This document shows positions 10,287 through 19,163 of a stretch of 64,000 bases of DNA, piece after piece. This DNA is from Eubacteriales bacterium (GTDB lineage: Bacteria > Bacillota > Clostridia > Oscillospirales > CAG-272): NCBI GenBank assembly GCA_045598385.1, contig JAZLLY010000019.1, forward strand, positions 1,205 to 65,204, read 5' to 3'. The notes under the pieces were generated by a model. That model did not search any database. It worked only from the letters and a program-made list of their open reading frames with translations, and was not told the origin of the DNA. The position numbers were made by a program, and so were the translations under genes. The number at the start of each line of letters is the position of its first letter. Positions within the stretch are counted from its first letter, which is position 1.

Positions 10287-11042
10287 TTAATTTGCGGCTT
10301 TGACGATGGCGGTAAACTTATCGGTTTTGAGCGAAGCGCCGCCGATGAGTCCTCCGTCCACGTTTTCTTTTGCGAGGAGGTCTTTCGCGTTGGCGTCGTT
10401 CATGGAGCCGCCGTACTGGATCGTCATATCCTCTGCGGCTTCTTTTCCGTACAGAGCGGCGACGGTCTTACGGATCACGCCGCAGGTCTCGTCCGCCTGC
10501 TCGGGCGTGGCGGTAAGTCCGGTCCCGATCGCCCAGACGGGTTCGTAAGCGATGATGACGTTTTTGAGGTCATCGGCACCGATGCCCGAAAGATCGAGTT
10601 TGGTCTGCATGGCGACGACCTCGTCGGTGATGCCGCCAAGGCGCTGTTCTTTCACTTCTCCGAGGCAGAGGATGACTTTCAGTCCTGCCGCGATCGCGGC
10701 TTTGGCACGCAGATTGACCGTTTCGTCGGTCTCTCCAAAATACTGACGGCGCTCGGAATGTCCGACGATCACGTATTCGGTGCCGATCTCCTTGAGCATC
10801 TCGGCGCTGATCTCACCGGTATAGGCGCCGCTCGGGGCGAAATGTACGTTTTCCGCGCCGATGCGGATGTTCGTGCCTTTTGCGGCTTCCACGGCAGTTG
10901 CGACGTCCACGAAAGGCACGCAGAGGACGACGTCGCATTTGTCCAAACCTTTCACCATGGGAGCGAGTTCTTCAATGAATGCGCGGGTCGCTTTGGGCGT
11001 CATGTTCATTTTCCAGTTGCCCGCGATAACTGTTTTTCTCAT
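10287..11042 (-). CDS. tpiA: Triosephosphate isomerase
   Basis: 251-aa ORF with AGNWKMN, VGHSERR and AYEPVWAIGTG motifs. Confidence 0.95.
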   Translation of the reverse strand: MRKTVIAGNWKMNMTPKATRAFIEELAPMVKGLDKCDVVLCVPFVDVATAVEAAKGTNIRIGAENVHFAPSGAYTGEISAEMLKEIGTEYVIVGHSERRQYFGETDETVNLRAKAAIAAGLKVILCLGEVKEQRLGGITDEVVAMQTKLDLSGIGADDLKNVIIAYEPVWAIGTGLTATPEQADETCGVIRKTVAALYGKEAAEDMTIQYGGSMNDANAKDLLAKENVDGGLIGGASLKTDKFTAIVKAAN

Positions 11043-11293
11043 TTTTATCTCCTATTTTGGTGGGGCTGAATAAAAAAGAGGCAGAAGCGCCGAAAGGCGG
11101 CCCGCCGACGTACGAGGGTACGGCAGGGGCGTCTTTCGACGAAGGAAATTTTCTCAAAACCGAAGAAATCCGTCAGGATTTCAACCTTTTTCACAAAAAC
11201 TTGCAGAAAAAGAACGGTGTAGCACCAGTCTTTTTTGTAACAAGAATCCTTTTCCTTTTTCGGTCTGCGCTTTTTCGGCAGTCCCCGATTTCA

Positions 11294-12610
11294 TCATTTA
11301 TTCATCAGGCAGGATACGCCGGGGAGATCCTTGCCCTCCAAAAATTCGAGCGACGCGCCGCCGCCGGTGGAAATATGGGTGATACGATCGGCAAAGCCGA
11401 GCTGCTCGCAGGCAGCGGCACTGTCACCGCCGCCGACGATGGTGACGGCAGAACTTTCGGCGAGTGCTTTCGCGACGGCGATCGTACCGACGGCAAGGGT
11501 GGGATTCTCAAACACGCCCATGGGGCCGTTCCAGACGACGGTCTTTGCGCTCAAGACGGCGTCAGCAAAGAGTTTCGCGGTCTTTTCACCGATGTCGAGT
11601 CCCTCCATATCGGCAGGGATCTTGTCGATATCCACGTTTTCGACCTCGATCGGAGCGTCGATGGGATCCGGGAAATCGGCGGCGATCTTCGTATCAATCG
11701 GAAGAAGCAGCTTCACGCCCTTTTCTTCCGCTTTCTTCATCATTTCGCGGCAGTAGTCGAGTTTGCTCTCGTCAAGCAGCGATTTTCCGACGCAGAGACC
11801 TTTTGCCGCCGCAAAAGTATAAGCCATGCCGCCGCCGATGATCAACGTATCGACTTTTGTCAGCAGATTGTCGATGACGTTCAGTTTGTCGGCGACTTTC
11901 GCACCGCCGAGAATGGCGACGAAAGGACGCTCGGGATCGGAAAGGGCCTTGCCCATCACCGAGATCTCTTTCTGAATGAGGTAACCGCAGACGGCGGGAA
12001 TATAATCGGCGATACCGGCGGTCGAAGCGTGCGCTCTGTGTGCGGCGCCGAACGCGTCGTTGACGAAAAGATCGGCGAAAGACGCGAGTTCTTTCGAGAG
12101 CGTCGGGTCGTTTTTCTCTTCTCTCGCGTCAAAACGGGTGTTCTCGAGAAGTACGGCCTCGCCGGGCTTGAGGGCGGCGATCTTCGCTTTCGCGTCGGGA
12201 CCGACGACGTCCTCGGCAAAGGTGACTTTCTTTTTGCCGAGAAGCTCGTTGATCCTGTCGGCAACGGGTTTCAGCGTGAATTTCTTTTTGTCGGCGGTCA
12301 GGGCTTTCGCGAGGAACTCCGCTTTGGCGGCTGCCTGCTCGTTCTCGGGCAAAGCGGCGACGGCGGCTTTTTCCTTTTTGTTGAGTCCGAAGCCCTCGGT
12401 GTAGATGTTGTGGGGTTTTCCCATGTGGGAAGAAAGAATGACACGGGCACCGTTGTCGAGCAGATACCGGACGGTGGGAAGTGCGCCGACAATGCGCTTA
12501 TCGGACGTGATGACGCCGTCCTTCATGGGGACGTTGAAATCGCAACGGACGAACACGGTTTTACCGGCGACGTTGACATCTTCGATGGTTTTCTTATTGT
12601 AGCTTGCCAT
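11294..12610 (-). CDS. pgk: Phosphoglycerate kinase (with ~40-aa internal insertion)
   Basis: [14 protein letters not shown] and C-terminal [14 protein letters not shown] motifs. AAGGAGAAAA RBS before ATG 12610. The track start 12742 adds 44 unsupported residues. Confidence 0.93.
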   Translation of the reverse strand: MASYNKKTIEDVNVAGKTVFVRCDFNVPMKDGVITSDKRIVGALPTVRYLLDNGARVILSSHMGKPHNIYTEGFGLNKKEKAAVAALPENEQAAAKAEFLAKALTADKKKFTLKPVADRINELLGKKKVTFAEDVVGPDAKAKIAALKPGEAVLLENTRFDAREEKNDPTLSKELASFADLFVNDAFGAAHRAHASTAGIADYIPAVCGYLIQKEISVMGKALSDPERPFVAILGGAKVADKLNVIDNLLTKVDTLIIGGGMAYTFAAAKGLCVGKSLLDESKLDYCREMMKKAEEKGVKLLLPIDTKIAADFPDPIDAPIEVENVDIDKIPADMEGLDIGEKTAKLFADAVLSAKTVVWNGPMGVFENPTLAVGTIAVAKALAESSAVTIVGGGDSAAACEQLGFADRITHISTGGGASLEFLEGKDLPGVSCLMNK

Positions 12611-12808
12611 AATTTTCTCCTTATTTTTTTTACCAAACGTATTGTAACACACGCGCCGCGCGGTGTCAATAGCGTACAAAAATATTGTGCGCAATTTGTT
12701 TAACTTCACCGACCAAACGCGTTTTTTCTCCTTTTTTTCCAAAAAAAGAATTGAAAAGCGGCGCGGATTCCGTTATGATAATGTCGATAAAAGAAAGGAG
12801 ATACTGCT

Positions 12809-15391
12809 TTGAAAAAGTCAAGTAGAATTCTGAGTCTTGTCTTCGCCCTGCTCCTCGTGATGCAGACACTGCTGCTCACGGGCTGTCAGATCCCTTACGA
12901 AGACACGCTGGCAAAGTGGTTCCCGTTCCTCGCAAATGACGAGCCGGAACCCAAAAATCCCGATGAACCCGAAGACCCCGCGGAGCCCGAAGAGCCCGAA
13001 GAGCCCGAAGAGCCCGAGGAACCCGAGGAACCCGAACTTCCGCCCCCCGAAGATTACGACTTTGAGCACACGGAAGAAGAAGATTCCTATTACATTACGA
13101 GCGCGACGGCGCTGCCCGACGGCGTCTCCCTCGACGATCCCGAGCTCTACGAAGAGATCATTGACAAGTGGCAGGAATATCTGATCGGCTCGCTCACCGG
13201 TTATGAAGTACAATACCCCGCGATCGTCGATAAGATCAACGCCCGTTCCCGCGACGCCGAGGCGGCGTGGGCGCTCTTCAAAGCGACCTATCAGCAAGAC
13301 GTCATCAACACGATGTTCCTGAATACCGGTTATCGCACGGGCGGCGCGTGGGATGAGACGTCCCTCGGTCTCGCCAGCGAAGCTTACGGTTATATCCGCG
13401 ACATGGCGCTCGGCTATAAGACACCCGGAACGACCACTTACGGCAACGAAGAGTTGCTCGCCGATACCAAGGACGCTCTCGATTATATGTACCGTTTCTA
13501 TAACGGACAGAACGTGAGATCCCTCACCTCCGACACGCTCGGCAACTGGTGGTACTGGGATATCGGTTTCCCGCTCGATCTTTGCGATATTCTGATCGTT
13601 CTCAAGGATGAACTGACGGAAGAAGAGATCGGCAATTATCTCTACAGTTTCGATTACAGAAACCCGAAGCCCACGCAGACGGCTGCCAACAAGATCTGGA
13701 TCGGCAGTTGCGTGCTGGCGTCCGCCGCTCTTCAAAAAGACGGAAGAAGGATCCTCACCGCGAAAGAAGAGATGAGCGAAGTCTTTGAGTACGTGACCAG
13801 CGGCGACGGCTTCTACGCCGACGGCTCTTTCGTCCAGCACAGAGCACAGCCGGCGTCCGGCGCTTACGGCATCAGTCTGATCTCCACCCTCTCCGAAGTC
13901 ATGATCGTCCTTTCCGACAGCCGCTTTGCATTCCGCGGCGAAGAGATCAGCAACCAGTACGAATGGGCACTCGAAGGACTCCGTCCCCTGCTCTTCAACG
14001 GTCTGAACCTCACGGCTTCCGTGAAAGTCCGTGAAGCGTCGCGTGAGGATGCCAGCGAGTACAGAAATATGGCCAAATACGTGGCTGCCCTTATTAAAAT
14101 GGCATCTTACGCACCCGACGACGTGCTTCCGAAGCTCAAATCCGTCATCCGCACCTGTATGAAAGCCGCCGACACCGACTTCACGTCGAGCGTCTCCCTC
14201 TACTTCACGACGTTCCTCATCGGTCTTGAAGCCGACGACTCGGTGCCGCTCCAGACGGATTACTCCTGCTTCAAGGTTTACGGCAACATGGACAGAGTCG
14301 TGATGCATAACGCCAACTTCGGCGTCTGCGTCGCCATGAGTTCCACCCGTATCGCCAAATACGAGGCGCTCAACGACGAGAATATGCGCGGCTGGTACCA
14401 GGGCGACGGTATGATCTACATCTACACCGACGGTTTTGATTACAACTACGACTTCTATTCGAGAGCCGACGCCTACCGTATGCCCGGCACGACCGTCACG
14501 ACGATGGTGAGACGCGAGCAGAACCTCAGCAACCAGAACCTGATCTACGGCAACTCCGCTTTCGCCGGCGGTCTCGAATGCGGCAATTACGGCATCGCGG
14601 CGTTCCAGCTCGGTTACAAGAAAAACGACAGTTACTCTCCTCTGCCCGAAACGACCGGCAACAAGTCCTATTTCATCTTTGACGACGAGATCGTCTGCGT
14701 CGGTACCAACCTGCTCTCCGGTCTTCCTTCGAATACCACTTACAAGTTCCTGACAGTCGTTGAAAACCGGCAGATCCGCCAGGGCGATACCTTCACGATC
14801 AACGGTCAGCAGATGGAACTGAAGACGTCCGAAAAGAAAGCATCCGCCAACTTCGCACACTTCGACAACATGGGCGGTTACGTCTTCTTGCGCAGCACCG
14901 AACTCACCTACAAGAAGAGATCGACGCTCGGTTACGACAGTCTCGAGCTTTGCATCTACCATCCGACGAATGCGAAAGGCACTTACGCTTACGCTTATCT
15001 GCCCGAAGCGACCGAAGACGAGACCCGCGCTTACGCGCAGAAGTCCGGCGTCACCGTCGTACAGATGACCGATACCATCCACGTCGTCTCGGATAAATCC
15101 ACCGGCACGAAGGGCTACGTCTTCTTCGCGGCAGGAACTGCGAGCGATAATACGACGGCTTCCGCCCCCTGCATCGTCTCCCTTTACAGAGAGAACGGAC
15201 AGTACGTCATCGCGGCTTCCGACCCGACGCATAAGCTGTCGAGTTTCACCGTGACGATGTCTCTCTCCTCGACGGTACAGATCGACAAAGCGGACGCGGG
15301 TGTCACCGCCACCGCCAACAACGGTCTTGTCACCGTCAAGGTCACGCCGAATCAGAAATGCGGCGAAACTTACAAAGTTTTCCTTAAATAA
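12809..15391 (+). CDS. Polysaccharide lyase family 8-like lipoprotein (hyaluronate/chondroitin/xanthan lyase type)
   Basis: Signal peptide with lipobox LLTGC. PL8-like motifs NWWYWDIGFP, YADGSFVQH and YRMPGTTV. TTG start with AGGAG RBS. Confidence 0.8.
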   Translation: MKKSSRILSLVFALLLVMQTLLLTGCQIPYEDTLAKWFPFLANDEPEPKNPDEPEDPAEPEEPEEPEEPEEPEEPELPPPEDYDFEHTEEEDSYYITSATALPDGVSLDDPELYEEIIDKWQEYLIGSLTGYEVQYPAIVDKINARSRDAEAAWALFKATYQQDVINTMFLNTGYRTGGAWDETSLGLASEAYGYIRDMALGYKTPGTTTYGNEELLADTKDALDYMYRFYNGQNVRSLTSDTLGNWWYWDIGFPLDLCDILIVLKDELTEEEIGNYLYSFDYRNPKPTQTAANKIWIGSCVLASAALQKDGRRILTAKEEMSEVFEYVTSGDGFYADGSFVQHRAQPASGAYGISLISTLSEVMIVLSDSRFAFRGEEISNQYEWALEGLRPLLFNGLNLTASVKVREASREDASEYRNMAKYVAALIKMASYAPDDVLPKLKSVIRTCMKAADTDFTSSVSLYFTTFLIGLEADDSVPLQTDYSCFKVYGNMDRVVMHNANFGVCVAMSSTRIAKYEALNDENMRGWYQGDGMIYIYTDGFDYNYDFYSRADAYRMPGTTVTTMVRREQNLSNQNLIYGNSAFAGGLECGNYGIAAFQLGYKKNDSYSPLPETTGNKSYFIFDDEIVCVGTNLLSGLPSNTTYKFLTVVENRQIRQGDTFTINGQQMELKTSEKKASANFAHFDNMGGYVFLRSTELTYKKRSTLGYDSLELCIYHPTNAKGTYAYAYLPEATEDETRAYAQKSGVTVVQMTDTIHVVSDKSTGTKGYVFFAAGTASDNTTASAPCIVSLYRENGQYVIAASDPTHKLSSFTVTMSLSSTVQIDKADAGVTATANNGLVTVKVTPNQKCGETYKVFLK
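12983..13036 (+). repeat. 6 x 9-bp tandem repeat encoding the (EPE)n acidic linker of the PL8 lipoprotein
   Basis: GAGCCCGAA x3, then GAGCCCGAG, GAACCCGAG and GAACCCGAA. Confidence 0.85.
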
Positions 15392-15404
15392 TCTACGGCA
15401 AACG

Positions 15405-15433
15405 GCACCGCGGGAAACCGCGGTGCTTTTTTT
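15405..15433 (+). terminator. Intrinsic terminator after the PL8 gene
   Basis: GCACCGCGG-GAAA-CCGCGGTGC followed by T7. Confidence 0.85.
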
Positions 15434-15541
15434 CAGTCTTTTTTGCCACGTCATACGGTTTTGCCGACGAAATACCGCTTGATTATTTCCGTCCCGTATG
15501 CTAAAATAAAGTAAGAAAAAGTATTTTAATCGGAGATGCTT

Positions 15542-16282
15542 ATGAGTACGATCGACACGGCAAAATTCACGTCCGAACTGAACACCGTTTTCAAAAAATA
15601 CGGCTTTTCCGGGTTGCTGACGCGAGAGCGCGCCGACGCCTTTGCCGCCCTGACCGAGCGGATGCTCACGGTCAACGAGACGTTCAATCTGACCGCCGTC
15701 ACGGAGCCGGGCGCGGTTTTGCGCCTGCACTATCTCGACTGTGCTTTTCCGGCGTCGAAGATCCCGAAAGGTGCGAGCGTGCTGGACGTCGGAACCGGCG
15801 CCGGGTTTCCCGCTCTGCCCCTGGCGATCCTGCGCCCCGATCTGAAAATAACGGCGGCGGATTCCACCGAAAAACGCGTCCGTTATGTGGAAGAAACGGC
15901 AAAAATGCTCGGACTATCCAATCTGAAAACCGTCGTGATGCGCGCCGAAGACGGCGGGCGGGGCCCCGCGCTTCGGGAGTCGTTTGACGTCGTCATTTCC
16001 CGCGCGGTCGCCGAGATGCGCACACTCGCGGAACTTTCTCTGCCTTTCGTGAAGGTCGGCGGACAGTTTCTCGCCATGAAAGGCAAAAACGCGCAGTACG
16101 AGCTTCAGGACGCCAAGCGCGCGCTCGCCATGCTCGGCGGCAAAACCGTTTCGGTCGAGGACTTTTCTTTTGAAAACAACGGCGAAACCGTCCTGCACCC
16201 GCTGATCACCGTCAAAAAGATCGCGCCGACACCGGCGGCGTATCCCCGCCCCTTCGCGCAGATCTCGAAAAAACCGCTCTGA
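15542..16282 (+). CDS. rsmG: 16S rRNA (guanine527-N7)-methyltransferase RsmG
   Basis: GidB family with LDVGTGAGFPALPLAI SAM motif. ATG 15542 sits 6 nt after GGAG. ATG 15536 is an alternative start. Confidence 0.9.
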   Translation: MSTIDTAKFTSELNTVFKKYGFSGLLTRERADAFAALTERMLTVNETFNLTAVTEPGAVLRLHYLDCAFPASKIPKGASVLDVGTGAGFPALPLAILRPDLKITAADSTEKRVRYVEETAKMLGLSNLKTVVMRAEDGGRGPALRESFDVVISRAVAEMRTLAELSLPFVKVGGQFLAMKGKNAQYELQDAKRALAMLGGKTVSVEDFSFENNGETVLHPLITVKKIAPTPAAYPRPFAQISKKPL

Positions 16283-16289
16283 CGCCTGC

Positions 16290-16745
16290 GCCGCCAACGG
16301 CGGCAACGATGTGTTCCGCAAGCGGAACGTGATGCGCACTCCGTGCGTGATGTACGCCTGCGGCGAGTGATGTGCCGGCGGGCGTGGGTAGGGGTTCCCC
16401 GAAGCGAGCTTGTCGAGTTTTGGGGGTTCCCGTGGATAGGGGTTCCCCGAAGCGAGCTTGCCGAGCTTTGGGGGTTCCCGTGGATAGGGGTTCCCCGAAG
16501 CGAGTTTGCCGAGCTTTGGGGGTTCCCGTGCGTAGAACACATCTCATAACTTTGCGGTGCAACCGCAAACCATAACGGTGAGCAAAGCGAACCTCATAAC
16601 TTCGAGCGTAGCGAGAATCATAACTATGCCGCAGGCAAACCATAACTTTGCGGCAAAGCCGCAAATCATAACTTCGAGCGTAGCGAGAATCATAACTTTG
16701 CCGCAGGCAAACCATAACTTTACGGCATAACCGCAAATCATAACT
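16290..16745 (-). repeat. Hairpin/linker array, full composite with expanded CATAAC units (copy 2, reverse orientation relative to copy 5)
   Basis: GCCGCC-AAC-GGCGGC, AACGATGTGTTCC-GCAAGC-GGAAC, three hairpins linked by GTGATGY, then nine units linked by A(T/C)CATAAC(T). Confidence 0.85.
16390..16533. repeat. 3 x 48-bp tandem repeat nested inside array copy 2
   Basis: AGGGGTTCCCCGAAGCGAGCTTGYCGAGYTTTGGGGGTTCCCGTGGAT at 16390, 16438 and 16486. Each unit can form CCCCGAAGC/GCTTTGGGG. Confidence 0.85.
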
Positions 16746-16823
16746 TTCATACTCACCCGGCGAAAAGAAGTTTTACAATTTCTTTTCGCCTTTTTCTTTT
16801 TTGACATTTTTCGCGATTTTCCC

Positions 16824-17363
16824 ATGTTAAACTGTATGCGTACCGCAAAAAACGCCCGCCTTGCGGTGCGCACCGAAAAAGAAAAGAGATACGACATGGA
16901 TATGTTTGAAGAAGCCAAAGCCCTTGCCACCACGATGCAGATGTGCGATATGACGCAGGAGGCGCTCGCCGGGAAACTCGGCGTCAGTCAGTCCTATATC
17001 GCGAACAAACTCCGTCTTTTGAAATTTGAAGAAAACGAAAGACGCGCCGTCCTCGACGGCGGGCTTTCCGAACGGCACGCGCGGGCGATATTGCGGCTCT
17101 CTTCCCCGATGCTCCGGATGGAAGCGATACGCCGTGCCGTCAACGAAAAACTGACCGTCTCCATGACGGAGGACGCCGTCGAAGTATTGCTCCTTTCCGA
17201 GTGTGAGGAGGAAAAAGAACAGGTCCGCGACCTCTGCTTCCGTCGGGTGCAGGGCGTGCTCGCCGACACCGTCCGATCTTTAGCCGGGGCGGGCTTCGCG
17301 GTGCGGAAGTCCGAAGAGGAAGACGAATGTGCGTGGGTATTTTCCCTGTGCGTCAGTAAATAA
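16824..17363 (+). CDS. ParB/Noc-like HTH protein lacking the N-terminal ParB (CTPase) domain; start codon uncertain
   Basis: MTQEALAGKLGVSQSYIANKLRLLKFEENERRAVLDGGLSERHARAILRL matches the ParB/Spo0J HTH region. No GERR-type N-domain is present. The position after rsmG is where noc/parB normally lie. Confidence 0.6.
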   Translation: MLNCMRTAKNARLAVRTEKEKRYDMDMFEEAKALATTMQMCDMTQEALAGKLGVSQSYIANKLRLLKFEENERRAVLDGGLSERHARAILRLSSPMLRMEAIRRAVNEKLTVSMTEDAVEVLLLSECEEEKEQVRDLCFRRVQGVLADTVRSLAGAGFAVRKSEEEDECAWVFSLCVSK

Positions 17364-17610
17364 AAACCGAAAAGCGCGGCAAAAACCGCGCTTTTTCCTA
17401 TAGATGTTTTTTGCGTTTGATTCCGTGGCGACCGTTTTTTCGGTGTCCCGTCTGATCCCGAAAACCGTTTTTTCCGTCTCTTTCCGTCTGCGCGGGACTT
17501 TTGCAACGTCTTGCGCCTCCGGTGACGCACAGAAAAGCAAAAAGCAAGGCATATTTTTCCGCCCTGCGGGAACAATAGCCGCATAACGTTAAGAAAAAGG
17601 AGATCATCGC

Positions 17611-18870
17611 ATGAAACGCATCGTTCTTTTTGCCCTGGCACTCACTCTGCTCTTATCCTGCGCCGTCATCCCCGCTTACGCCGCCTCGATCGGTCCCGCC
17701 GCGGAAGTCATCGCCGATTCCTGTACCCTCGTCAAAACGGGACTCAAAGGTCAGAAGATGACCTTTTCCGACACCGATTTCAAGCAGGCGCTCGGGGTGT
17801 CGGATTTTCGCTCCGTGACCGTGACTTCCCTGCCTAAATCGACCGACGGAACGCTGATCTACGGGAGCCGCCGCGTCGGCGTCGGTCAAACCGTCAAGCG
17901 CAAAAATCTCGCTGCCCTCGTTTTTATTCCGGCAGGGGACGGCGTGACCGAGGCAACGTTCACCTTTACCGTCAACGACGGCAGTAACGGTGCCGAGATC
18001 AAAGCCACGCTCCGCTTTATCGACCGTGTCAATTACGCGCCGAGCGTCAAGGACGGCAGCGTCGCAACCCTTTCGACGCAGAGCGGGATCTCGCTTTTCG
18101 CAAAAATGGCGGGAGATGATCCCGAGGGGGACGCGCTGACGTTTTTCGTCCTTTCCTATCCCGAAAACGGCAAACTGACGGTGCTCGACGCATCGACGGG
18201 TGCGTACCGCTACACGCCGGATGACGGTTTCGAGGGAACGGACGTTTTCCGTTATGTGGTGCGTGACGAATACGGCAATTATTCGGCGATCGCGACGGCA
18301 AATCTCTCGGTGGAAACCCGGCTTTCCACGGTCTCTTACGCCGATATGACCGACTCGCCCGCCTATAACGCCGCCGTCACGATGGACGCCCTCGGGGTAA
18401 TGAACGGCACGCTCATCGGCGACAACCGTTATTTCAAGCCCGACGACACCGTCACCCGCGCCGAATTTACGGCAATGGCGCTCAAGACTTACGGCATCAA
18501 AGCCGATTCCACCCTGACGAAGACGTTCTTCGATGATAACGCGAAGATCCCGACGGCGCTCGTCTCCTACGTGGCGACGGCGCAGAAGATCGGCGTTGTG
18601 AACGGCTCTTTCGACGGAGAAAACCTGCTCTTCCGCCCGAACGACGCGATTACGCCCTGCGAAGCCGCGATGATCCTCTCGGCACTTCTCGGCACGGAGG
18701 CAAAAGCATCCTCCGCGCTTTCCGCGAAAGTCCCCGCCTGGGCATCGGCGAGCGTCTCGCTGATGGAGGAAAACGGGATTTTTGACGAAAACTTCTCCGG
18801 GAAACTCGAGACCGGAATGACAAGAGCCGACGTCGCCGAAGTCCTCTTCCGCCTCGCAAAGATGAGTTAA
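17611..18870 (+). CDS. Secreted cell-wall protein with Ig/cadherin-like repeats and C-terminal SLH domains
   Basis: Signal peptide ending AYAAS. DGTLIYG and YRYTPDDGFEGTDVFRYVVRD are cadherin-like. C-terminal repeats of F.P.D..TRAE are SLH type. AAGGAG RBS. Confidence 0.8.
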   Translation: MKRIVLFALALTLLLSCAVIPAYAASIGPAAEVIADSCTLVKTGLKGQKMTFSDTDFKQALGVSDFRSVTVTSLPKSTDGTLIYGSRRVGVGQTVKRKNLAALVFIPAGDGVTEATFTFTVNDGSNGAEIKATLRFIDRVNYAPSVKDGSVATLSTQSGISLFAKMAGDDPEGDALTFFVLSYPENGKLTVLDASTGAYRYTPDDGFEGTDVFRYVVRDEYGNYSAIATANLSVETRLSTVSYADMTDSPAYNAAVTMDALGVMNGTLIGDNRYFKPDDTVTRAEFTAMALKTYGIKADSTLTKTFFDDNAKIPTALVSYVATAQKIGVVNGSFDGENLLFRPNDAITPCEAAMILSALLGTEAKASSALSAKVPAWASASVSLMEENGIFDENFSGKLETGMTRADVAEVLFRLAKMS

Positions 18871-18873
18871 GAA

Positions 18874-19162
18874 ATCCGCGTGAGCGGTATGGAATCCGTC
18901 GCAGACGGCATGGCATCCGCGCGAGCGGAACACATCGTTGAAAAAACAAAATTATAAAGTGATGTTTGCCCTGACGGGCAAGTGATGTTATGGCTACGCC
19001 ATAGTGATGTTTTGCGGTTGCACCGCAAAGTGATGAGATGTGTTCCACACGCCCGCAGGCACATCACTCGCCGCAGGCGTACATCACGCACGGAGTGCGC
19101 ATCACGTTCCGCTTCCGGAACACATCGTTGAAAAAACCACTTGCAAAAGCAAGTGGTTTTTT
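18874..19162 (+). repeat. Hairpin/linker array plus terminator hairpin (copy 3), abutting tRNA-Tyr
   Basis: Four GTGATG linkers (18959, 18982, 19004, 19030), three CATCAC linkers (19061, 19081, 19099), then CCACTTGC-AAAA-GCAAGTGG and T6. Confidence 0.85.
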
Positions 19163-19163
19163 C

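Noticed and set aside
12818-15730. 970-aa ORF antisense to the PL8 lyase gene. Similar long antisense ORFs occur at 35969-39655, 44114-47224, 17653-18933, 21046-22533, 11057-12703 and 8937-10148
   Set aside because: Typical shadow ORFs of high-GC coding DNA. Their translations are Arg/Gly/Val/Asp-rich, low in complexity and lack any motif or RBS, while the opposite strand encodes proteins with clear family signatures.
16212-16736. ORFs predicted inside repeat arrays (8198-8533, 8202-8540, 15914-16540, 16105-16542, 16212-16736, 16544-16933, 18867-19280)
   Set aside because: Their peptide repeats (for example SYDxRYA and RKVMV) simply mirror the DNA repeat. The unit periods (22-26 nt) are not multiples of 3, none has an RBS, and both strands give equally long ORFs.
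16283-16830. oriC / DnaA-box cluster in the rsmG to parB-like gap
   Set aside because: The repeated 9-mers (ATCATAACT, GTGATGT) do not match the DnaA box TTATCCACA. The same arrays also occur at five other loci, including next to tRNA genes.
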